The position numbers and the translations under genes are program-made. A DNA stretch of 64,000 nucleotides, taken from positions 1 to 64,000 of IMG/VR virus record IMGVR_UViG_3300032304_000900. The stretch is one strand, 5' to 3'. Origin of the DNA: a virus. Below the pieces are notes generated by a model that was not told the origin of the DNA, searched no databases, and worked only from the letters and a program-made list of their open reading frames with translations. Positions 29,301 through 36,469 of this stretch are shown piece by piece (the stretch's first letter is position 1; every line of letters begins with the position of its first letter).

Positions 29301-29465
29301 AGATGTTGCCTTCAGGTTTGGATCACTGAAGTTGTAAATCACTGTATTTGTTGTTACATTGGTAATCAACAGGAGCGATTCACGTTTGACAGCACGTCTT
29401 AGTGTAATTGTTCTTGTTGATGGGTCAAATGTATAATATTGATCAGGTAGGACATTTCTTGCCAT
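26388..29465 (-). CDS. large virion structural protein (1025 aa), paralog of 21663..25340
   Basis: Colinear similarity to its paralog over the full length. Confidence 0.75.
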   Translation of the reverse strand: MARNVLPDQYYTFDPSTRTITLRRAVKRESLLLITNVTTNTVIYNFSDPNLKATSYTHTTGGAALGYQSDAITTIVLQYNTTSMGANDKLQVIVDEYESKFTPGETLMDPVGKFRTSQPQSLIDTDFEYGLQPTKWEQLSLINNRPSAFINLDRPNFGRSQASATTITNLTVSNGSRLVTVTVGSSTGFVVGQMVMIQDSAWAPANGLFIIETVPGGTSFTYKANEAWITGSTPSTDINDANIPTTIYDAQFFTGAGLGGTPTYAAPSGQLQQVTCTLPHGLEIGNEIALINSKTGGATDSQYGNHFVYSILSPTVFCFYTDTTANAGAPTGSANTIYVRPPGTSNHRPFDGGVSFSTNTPSHNQQMIRQTRRYFRYQSGKGVQVSTGTALKSQIAVDAMTSSGSTVTVYTKFPHNLQPTVSIKVFGTTESAYNGTYAVTRVIDRYRFEYTASGTPSAATASGNFQISVDSWYGGTNRTGIFDSQNGIFFEHDGQGLFAVRRSSTYQIGGFVSINAADNTVTGLTTNGVTTQFAKQLQPNDFIVLRGHTYRVLNIASDTSMTIYPAYRGTSNLTKGIISKTVDTRIAQSAWNMDRCDGTGPSGFVLDTSKMQMYYMDYSWYGAGYIRWGFRAADGNIIYCHRQMNNNLNSEAYMRSGNLPARYETNTISKYTFSTATFGSSDTTINVTSTTEFPSSGTLMVRNGTQTEYINYTTKSATTFGGITRGQAGGSISSTHTSGSNTVTVSSTTGVQIGQYVVAPSLGIFPHGTYVVSFIANTSITLSRAAQSSATTTLVYAPMGQTAQTFTFSATAPTVIQLHAPLVGSQINHWGTSVMMDGRFDDDKSFVFLRGMTAPINIGIGATNAVLALRIAPHVSNGSAASAIGSRDIVNRMQMVLRQIGVLSNGRFLVQLFLNSTPSTAGTWLSQGGSSLAQYIIYTAGTTMSGGEIIGGFYTNPGSGTGFTTTAQDLNLVRDLGNSILGGGGTAGNANIYPDGPDTIHVVVTNITGTAQDIACRVAWTEAQA

Positions 29466-29500
29466 TTTTAGTCTCCGTTGATTATTAGTCCAATTTTCTT

Positions 29501-29508
29501 TATTTAGT
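29501..29508 (-). promoter_or_regulatory. late promoter ACTAAATA
   Basis: Intergenic, upstream of the 1025-aa gene and its RBS. Confidence 0.7.
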
Positions 29509-29512
29509 TTAC

Positions 29513-29980
29513 TTAAGAAAGCACAATTGGGATTGCTCTGAAAATATTCCTTGTTGCAGTGTTAACACTATTAACATATGTTCCCAACAATCTTCCATAA
29601 AATTTTTGTCCTCTGTTGGGTGCGTTTACGAAAGTAATATTACTTCCAGAAACAGTATAGTCACCCTCAAGAACAACATCTACTTCTTGTTGAAATACAT
29701 ACTCTTCGTATGTATTAACACTATATGGTGTCAGCAACAAATTGCCAAGAGATACTAACAGCGCATGTGGACTGCTAACACTAACAGGAACTGTATTATA
29801 GGTCAACGAAAATGATTTTGTTGATCCATCAAAGTTGTTTGTTAATTCATCCAACAATGTAACAGTCGCTGCATCTCTCAGATTGATGAAATTTTGATCA
29901 ATCTCAGAAGCAGTAAGAGGAGATCCTTTTGTGGTATCTCCTGCATTACTTAATGTTCTTAGCGTTAAATTGCCAGCCAC
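29513..29980 (-). CDS. small virion structural protein (155 aa, GTG start)
   Basis: KGSPLT..EIDQNFINL fibre-type N-terminus; FDGSTKSF.L...DYTVSGSNITF..AP module. Confidence 0.65.
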   Translation of the reverse strand: MAGNLTLRTLSNAGDTTKGSPLTASEIDQNFINLRDAATVTLLDELTNNFDGSTKSFSLTYNTVPVSVSSPHALLVSLGNLLLTPYSVNTYEEYVFQQEVDVVLEGDYTVSGSNITFVNAPNRGQKFYGRLLGTYVNSVNTATRNIFRAIPIVLS

Positions 29981-29994
29981 ATCAAACCCCTATA

Positions 29995-30462
29995 TTAAGG
30001 TGCGTTGATTGTGATTGTCCAAGTAATTGCTAATGTATCTGCTGGGTCTTTATTAACAACAGCAAAAGTGGTACGACACAACATTGTTCCACCAGAACTA
30101 TTGTTGAAAATACCTGCTTCTTGAATACCTTGCGAAGTAGCTGGATTGTTTGGTAAGAATGTACCAACATAAGTAACTACGTTCGCAGCATTAGAAGCTG
30201 CTGGCGAAAATGTGACACGTGTTCCAACCTCACCACCAAGAGCAGTATCACCTGCAGCTGCAGCAGTAGCGTTAGTACCAATAGCCATATGTGTCATAGC
30301 AGCTGGTGAGTTTGTTGTTGTCTTGAGCATAGAAGCTGCGATAAATGTTTTACCAGTATCAACAACTAAGTTCTTAATTTCTCTCTCATCTTTAACTTTG
30401 CCATCTGGACTGATAACCTGAATTTTCAGGCGTCCAACTGCAGCTAAATCTTCGTAAATCAT
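29995..30462 (-). CDS. small virion structural protein (155 aa)
   Basis: NLVVDTG...MTHMAIGT...DTALGGE...EAGIFN.SSGGTML.RT.F.VVNK...DTL.ITWTIT, a widespread phage tail/fibre-associated family. Confidence 0.7.
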   Translation of the reverse strand: MIYEDLAAVGRLKIQVISPDGKVKDEREIKNLVVDTGKTFIAASMLKTTTNSPAAMTHMAIGTNATAAAAGDTALGGEVGTRVTFSPAASNAANVVTYVGTFLPNNPATSQGIQEAGIFNNSSGGTMLCRTTFAVVNKDPADTLAITWTITINAP

Positions 30463-30510
30463 TGTTTTTTTCTCCTTAGATCTATGGTAGGAATCAAATT
30501 TCTACTGTTT

Positions 30511-30518
30511 TATTTATA
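30511..30518 (-). promoter_or_regulatory. late promoter TATAAATA
   Basis: Exact consensus, intergenic. Confidence 0.8.
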
Positions 30519-30522
30519 AACT

Positions 30523-33500
30523 TCAAAATGTTGAGGTTACGATACTTTGCTCATAATCGTCCGCAAAATAGATGATTGGAGTATTAGTTGCGTAGCCATT
30601 TGGTGGATATAATCTTGCTGCACCTGACGTGTTCGCTTCGAATGTATCCGAAACTCTTTTTGTTACACTGAATATCGTTTCATCTGCTGGCAACATCAGT
30701 TCAGTTACATAATCTGGCCAATATTGTGTTAACTCGTTAAAATTCTCGAGTTCCATATAATCGTTCCAGATATGTGCCCTATATGAGCCACCCTGTTTAT
30801 TATATTGTATAGTATCAGAATCTACTGTTCTTACTTTGTCTCTCTTAAATTCTGTATATGCTCCAAATGTCAATAATCTTGGATCAAAACTTAATATTTC
30901 ATATGAATCAATCCAGAAGAAGTCAGATTGATCGCCAAGGATTTTGCTATATCCTTTTTGTGGCAAATCAGTTGCTCTTGACAAATCGCTTGAGTTTTTG
31001 CCTTTAGCAAATATAACAGAATCAGTCGCTCTTGGAACATCGCTTAAACCTTTTGTTGGTCTCTTTACAATTACATCAACTGAAGTTAGATACTCAACTC
31101 TGTAATCTGGATAATTTTGAGCAAGTTCATTAAATGGATGAAATTCATTATAATCATTCCAAACTTGCCATACATTAGAACCAGCAGTTTTTCCGAATTG
31201 TCTGTTGCTATTAAATCCAGCATTTATGATCTCTGCTTTTGCACCTGGAGAGAACTGAATACTTGGTTGAGAAACAGCTGTTGGTGTTTCTGCACAAACT
31301 CTGTTGAAATTTACAGTTTTAGATAACGCATCAGCAGCCACCATAAATTCTGTTCTAAATGGTGTTCTGATTAGTTCATATAATTCCTCATAAACAAACT
31401 CTTCAGTATACTTATTGAATATTGTATAAGGGAATGCATTGTTTGATGGACCATAATAACCATAAGTCAACAATGTCAAATCATAAACAGATCTTGCTGT
31501 TTCTAAGTAATCATTCCATGTGTTTACTGGATCTTGACCACCAACTTTTGTGTAGTTAATTACATCAGCGTCTGGTAATGTAACTCTATCAATTTTGTAA
31601 TCTGGATAATTGCCAAAACGAATATCTTCCTCATAGTTACTTACATATGCGATGTAAAGAGGATTCCATATATTTCTATCAACAGAAACAGTGGTATCAC
31701 CAATATATGGTTTTGTTATAACCCTTGGCATTGTTTCTGTTAAACCAACAAATTCTACTGAAATTTTTCCATAGTCGAGTCTAATAACTTCAACTGGTCT
31801 AATTATTTCTGTTACATAATCCTGAGCAAATTGTAAACGCAAATCTCTATCATAGAATATTTCCTCATTGAAGAAATAGTCCATGATACTTTGTGTTCTA
31901 CCACCCTGTTTTGTAAACAGGTTTGCCTTTTGATCAGTAATTTTACCAATATCAACTGTAGAATCTGTTCCACGATAGTAATATTGTGCTAATTCTAAAG
32001 ATACCTCAAGTTCTGGATAATCCTGCCAAGTGCTATAATATGAAGAAACATTACCTGCAGCCAAACCAACATACCTAGCAAGAGATTCAGATGCTCTTGA
32101 AATGTCATTAGTACCATAAAGTAATGTAAATAGTGGTCCACCATTTTTAGACAACAGCATCGAATCAGTTATGGTAACTGTGTCATTGAATGTTTTAGAT
32201 GCTGTCCATATTTTTGTAAATAGATCAGCAGTTTTAATAGTCTCTGGTCTTGTTGTTGGTTGATACTGAACCAACTCTTGGTCATATTCTGTTGCCAATG
32301 TCAATTCAGCAAAGTCGCTCCAATATGGCGACACTCTAATAATTGGTGATTTCGTAAATGTTTTTGGAGCAGAATCTGTTGTTCTAACAAAATCTGTTTT
32401 GCTACCTGGAACAAATGTTAATGTTAACTCCTCATCCATAATTGGTTCGCCTGTTGGACTATGTTCTCCAATAGGATTAATACCAAGCCAATCACGGAAA
32501 TATGATGCTAAACGACCATCACCACCATTAATAGAAACTTCTTTACCAATTCCTTCTGCTAGGTTGATTTGTTCTGATTTATTTGGTCTAATAGATCTTC
32601 TAGCATCATCAGCAACTCTAGTTATTTCTGTGTATTCTCTAGATCCCCACGTAAATGTAGAGAATTGATCTGTTGCTGTTGCGAATGTTAAATCATTATA
32701 ATCTCTCCAAACATACGAATCGAAATATAGTGTTTTTGTAAATCCTTTTGCTGCCAAATCGGGAACAAGAATAGCATCATATTTTGTTCCATAATCAATA
32801 CCCATTATACCAGAGAAAATAAATTCTTGTAAATCTGTCCAAGTATTTACTTGAATTTCTCCAGCAGTTTTGTTTACAACTTTTGTTAATGTTTCATTAC
32901 CAGCAGCTGCAGTATCAGCACTTGGTTTACGAAGTGTAAGAGTTCTTACTTCAAGTAAGTTAATAATTTCAGAATTAGTTTTGGTTAAACCAAGTGTGGC
33001 TTTTGAACAAACATCAAGAATAGTAACACTTGTTGGTTTGGATTTAATAAATGTTTGTGTTAATTCTTGATCCAAATATGATGGACCACCAAAAGACAAT
33101 TCATTATAGTCGTTCCAGAAACCTTGTGGATATGGGTCAACAGCAATTTTAGTAAATGTTCTTGCTGTTGAATCTGTATAAGAAACTTTATCTCCATCAG
33201 ATCTATCACGAAGTGTAAATAATAATTCTTGTCCTAAAACATTATGACGACTTAATGATGTTGGACCAATATTAGAAACAAATGGACCTGTCTCGGTAAA
33301 TGTAATAGTGAAGTTGTTAATGCTTTCACTGTCGTCAATAATTGGATAAGTGAAATCCAAGAAATCACTAAGAACTGAAGATCTTACTGTAGAAAAGTTA
33401 ACTGTTAGACCAGAGATGGTTAAAATACCACCAGTTCCATCTACTGTCGCAACGGTAAACGAACATGATTTACCATTTCCCAAATCAACAGTAAAGAAAT

Positions 33501-35847
33501 TTCCTGCAGTATACCCTGTTCCAGGAGTTGTTATTGTTGCAGTATAAGAACTATCTACACGTGATACAGAAATTACTGCTCCATATCCACGAATGTTTGT
33601 ATATGTTTCTTGTGTATAGAATAGATCAGCAAAATCATTAAATACTCGACTTTTTACATCACCAACTGTTGTAGATAAAAATCTTCCAGTAGTATCAGAT
33701 CCTGCTGCAGTGTCTGAGTAACTTCTAACATAAGAAACAGTTTTTCTAAATGTTTCTGTAAAAGTTACAAGATCGTGATCTAATGAATACGCTTGTCTCC
33801 AAAACTCTTGAGCAATTTCTTGATCAATATCTGCGCCAAGCGACAGTTCATTAAAATCAGTCCAAGTAGCATCATAGTAATATGTAAATGGACCAATTCG
33901 CTTAGAATAATTCTTAGCAAAAGTTTCGTTTAGTTTTAGGTATTCAACTCTGTAATCTGGATAGTATTGACAGAGTTCATATGTTCCCTGAAGTTCATTA
34001 AAGTCTGACCATACATTAAATACATTTTCTCCAGCAATTTTATTATATGTAATAACATCTGTATCTTGTGCCTTTGCTGTGTCAGCGTAAGTTTTAACAT
34101 ATGATACAATTTTTCTAACACTATCAGTGATTCGTTGCGTATCTGCTGGTGGGAAAGCTGCAGGTTCAATAATAGAACTGAAGTACATGCTGTCACTAAC
34201 ACGAATAACATCAGCAAGAACTTTACTAAACACTCTTGCTGTAATTTGGTCAGCTGATCTAGAAACATCAGCGAGTGATCTTGGATACAAAGCAACACGA
34301 GAAAATGTTTCGGATGCGCCAGCAGTGTCGCTAAACGATCTTACATAAGAAACTATTTTGCTAAAATTATCTACTGTTGATGATGAATCGGAATGTGAAC
34401 GAACGAAAGAAACAACTTTGGAGAAATTGTCTGTTAGATAAGAGGTATCTGACTTGCCTCTGATGTAAGAAACAACTTTGGAGAAATTATCACTAACATT
34501 TTGTAATTCAGAGAAAGCACGATTGAATTGTTTTATCGTTGCAATAATGTCAGCAGTATCAACTGTGTTTGCGCCAGAGTTAAAGCTGCGAGAGAACTGA
34601 ACAATTTTATTAAAACTATCTCCAGCTGCAATTAAATTTTGTTTTGGTTTAAAATATTGTATTGTTGAATCATCTGCTGTTGCTTCAGTATCACTAAATG
34701 GTGCTTTGCTTAATGATTTTGCTGCTAATTCTGGTATTGTTAGTGTGTCACTATATGCTCTTACGAAATTAACAATTCTAGAAAATACATCAACTGCAGT
34801 GTCCGTGTCATTAAAAACACGATTAAACGAAACAACTCTTGTTAATTGTTGATTAACTGTAAGTCTGTCTGTTCTTGGTTTGTTTACAACTCTAGAAAGA
34901 TTTTCTTGTGGTCTTGCAACATCTTGGAAAAAACGAACAAACGAAACAATTCTTGCAAGCGAATCTGAGATAGCAGAAAGATCAACTTCTGAATCACTTA
35001 CGACAAGAACACCTGACTCACCAAGAAACTGATCAGCGACCAATAAGAAATCAGAAACTCTTTTAGTAAATACTAATGTTCTCGAATCATTGCCTCTAAG
35101 TATTTCGCTAACATTTTTACCAAAGTTAATTATATCAGAATCACTTAATCCAAATGTATCAGATCTTGGTTTACTAATCAGTTTGGGGAAAGTATCAGCA
35201 AGAGAAACAACATCAGTTTTTGGTTTAGTTATTGCAAATGTTTTCGCATCAGCAGTTTGAATGATGTCTTGTTTACTGCGTAAGAATGTAACAACTTTAC
35301 TGAAGTTATCAGATGATTGTAAAACCTCAGTAAAGTTTTTACCTACAGTGAATACACGTGCATCAGTATAAGACGCAGTATCTGCGAATGGTGCTTTGGA
35401 TATTGTCTTGGCTGGTTGGTCTTGAGATATTGTTGTATCGTTATACGATCTATAGAAAGAAACAACTCGAGTAAGAACATCATTAAGCGTGACGATTTGA
35501 GCATGGAATTTACCAAGATTGACAATAGAAACATCATCGGTAATTCCAACAGCATCAATTGCTGCTTTTGTTAATTGTAAAGTTTTGGCATCGATAACAA
35601 CACCAGACTCAACAAGAGTAAGAAGTCTACTAAGAACATCGTAAGCAACTCGAACAGCTGCAGCACCTGTACGTGCGCTTGCCATTGCTGCTCGAACAGC
35701 TGCAGCTGGCATCGCTACTGCTTTTTGTACTGTTTGTCTTAGATTTTCTGTCGAAATGCTTTTTGTTTCTGAACGAGATGATGCCGTAACCTTGTTCGGT
35801 GTACTGCTTATCTTGTTGTTTTTGTCAGAACCTTTAGCATTTGACAT
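30523..35847 (-). CDS. giant repeat-built putative fibre protein (1774 aa)
   Basis: ~18-20-aa repeats (DNFSKVVSFVRSHSDSSSTV type) interrupted by aromatic/acidic WxD[FY]xE[LF] inserts. Confidence 0.7.
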   Translation of the reverse strand: MSNAKGSDKNNKISSTPNKVTASSRSETKSISTENLRQTVQKAVAMPAAAVRAAMASARTGAAAVRVAYDVLSRLLTLVESGVVIDAKTLQLTKAAIDAVGITDDVSIVNLGKFHAQIVTLNDVLTRVVSFYRSYNDTTISQDQPAKTISKAPFADTASYTDARVFTVGKNFTEVLQSSDNFSKVVTFLRSKQDIIQTADAKTFAITKPKTDVVSLADTFPKLISKPRSDTFGLSDSDIINFGKNVSEILRGNDSRTLVFTKRVSDFLLVADQFLGESGVLVVSDSEVDLSAISDSLARIVSFVRFFQDVARPQENLSRVVNKPRTDRLTVNQQLTRVVSFNRVFNDTDTAVDVFSRIVNFVRAYSDTLTIPELAAKSLSKAPFSDTEATADDSTIQYFKPKQNLIAAGDSFNKIVQFSRSFNSGANTVDTADIIATIKQFNRAFSELQNVSDNFSKVVSYIRGKSDTSYLTDNFSKVVSFVRSHSDSSSTVDNFSKIVSYVRSFSDTAGASETFSRVALYPRSLADVSRSADQITARVFSKVLADVIRVSDSMYFSSIIEPAAFPPADTQRITDSVRKIVSYVKTYADTAKAQDTDVITYNKIAGENVFNVWSDFNELQGTYELCQYYPDYRVEYLKLNETFAKNYSKRIGPFTYYYDATWTDFNELSLGADIDQEIAQEFWRQAYSLDHDLVTFTETFRKTVSYVRSYSDTAAGSDTTGRFLSTTVGDVKSRVFNDFADLFYTQETYTNIRGYGAVISVSRVDSSYTATITTPGTGYTAGNFFTVDLGNGKSCSFTVATVDGTGGILTISGLTVNFSTVRSSVLSDFLDFTYPIIDDSESINNFTITFTETGPFVSNIGPTSLSRHNVLGQELLFTLRDRSDGDKVSYTDSTARTFTKIAVDPYPQGFWNDYNELSFGGPSYLDQELTQTFIKSKPTSVTILDVCSKATLGLTKTNSEIINLLEVRTLTLRKPSADTAAAGNETLTKVVNKTAGEIQVNTWTDLQEFIFSGIMGIDYGTKYDAILVPDLAAKGFTKTLYFDSYVWRDYNDLTFATATDQFSTFTWGSREYTEITRVADDARRSIRPNKSEQINLAEGIGKEVSINGGDGRLASYFRDWLGINPIGEHSPTGEPIMDEELTLTFVPGSKTDFVRTTDSAPKTFTKSPIIRVSPYWSDFAELTLATEYDQELVQYQPTTRPETIKTADLFTKIWTASKTFNDTVTITDSMLLSKNGGPLFTLLYGTNDISRASESLARYVGLAAGNVSSYYSTWQDYPELEVSLELAQYYYRGTDSTVDIGKITDQKANLFTKQGGRTQSIMDYFFNEEIFYDRDLRLQFAQDYVTEIIRPVEVIRLDYGKISVEFVGLTETMPRVITKPYIGDTTVSVDRNIWNPLYIAYVSNYEEDIRFGNYPDYKIDRVTLPDADVINYTKVGGQDPVNTWNDYLETARSVYDLTLLTYGYYGPSNNAFPYTIFNKYTEEFVYEELYELIRTPFRTEFMVAADALSKTVNFNRVCAETPTAVSQPSIQFSPGAKAEIINAGFNSNRQFGKTAGSNVWQVWNDYNEFHPFNELAQNYPDYRVEYLTSVDVIVKRPTKGLSDVPRATDSVIFAKGKNSSDLSRATDLPQKGYSKILGDQSDFFWIDSYEILSFDPRLLTFGAYTEFKRDKVRTVDSDTIQYNKQGGSYRAHIWNDYMELENFNELTQYWPDYVTELMLPADETIFSVTKRVSDTFEANTSGAARLYPPNGYATNTPIIYFADDYEQSIVTSTF
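34347..34491. repeat. 60-bp-period tandem repeat within the 1774-aa gene
   Basis: AAGAAACAACTTTGGAGAAATT is identical at 34407 and 34467, with a diverged copy at 34347. Confidence 0.85.
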
Positions 35848-35853
35848 TTTTAT

Positions 35854-35882
35854 TTGACATTAATTTGAGCGAACTGTATAAT
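35854..35882 (+). promoter_or_regulatory. perfect sigma70-type promoter, antisense to the late operon
   Basis: Plus strand reads TTGACA(35854-35859) ttaatttgagcgaactg TATAAT(35877-35882), 17-bp spacer, in the 56-bp gap between two minus-strand genes. Confidence 0.75.
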
Positions 35883-35903
35883 AACAGTGTTGGGTTTCTA
35901 TGT

Positions 35904-36242
35904 TTAAACCTGCGTAATCTGTGGTGACACAATAATTATTCCTTCAACTGGTCTTGTTCTATAAGTAGAAGTATCAACCATTTCTATATCATAAAGATAT
36001 CTTCCTGGTTTTAATGCGCCTGTTTGAGTAGCAGTTAATGAAAGAATAACTTGTCCTGTTGCGGGAGAGGGAACTGTGCATGTAAAAGTAGTCGCAGTTG
36101 ATGACGCATAAGATTTTCTCATTTGCGAAGTAAATGAGTAACCAGTTAAATTTAATGGCGTAATTCCATTATCAGCATATAATGTAATGCCAGTGGAAAA
36201 ATCTGCTCCTTGATCGATATAAAGTGCTTGTACTAATGCCAT
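35904..36242 (-). CDS. small virion structural protein (112 aa)
   Basis: LYIDQGADFS...NLTGY...SQMRKSY...LSLTATQT..LKPGRYLYDIE....RPVEG...V.P.IT, a family common in cyanophage-type baseplate regions. Confidence 0.75.
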   Translation of the reverse strand: MALVQALYIDQGADFSTGITLYADNGITPLNLTGYSFTSQMRKSYASSTATTFTCTVPSPATGQVILSLTATQTGALKPGRYLYDIEMVDTSTYRTRPVEGIIIVSPQITQV

Positions 36243-36469
36243 TAAAGTTTCTCTACTAAAAATTTTAAAATTTGTTTTATTTCAGCAATATCTTCTTTCA
36301 TATTATCAACTTCTTGCCTAATATCATTCATTTGCTCACGTTTGGCTTTATTAACAGCGCATTGAGCCAAATATGCTTCATATCCTGCTTTATCATTATT
36401 TAGAACAACACCTGTATTTGCATCTTTATACAGGTGTCTTTCTCCTTCAACTTTAACCAGATTTTCCAT
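36242..36469 (-). CDS. conserved small coiled-coil protein following DUF4815 (75 aa)
   Basis: KVEG..HLYKD..TG.VLN.DK..Y..Y followed by a heptad helix; translationally coupled. Confidence 0.7.
   Translation of the reverse strand: MENLVKVEGERHLYKDANTGVVLNNDKAGYEAYLAQCAVNKAKREQMNDIRQEVDNMKEDIAEIKQILKFLVEKL

Noticed and set aside
30700-34020. Diversity-generating retroelement TR/VR pair among the fibre cassettes
   Set aside because: Differences are not adenine-restricted, all copies are within one coding frame, and no reverse transcriptase is in the window.
35900-35917. Micro-ORF MFKPA behind the antisense promoter
   Set aside because: Five codons, no clear RBS, and it overlaps the stop of the minus-strand gene; not supportable as a CDS.
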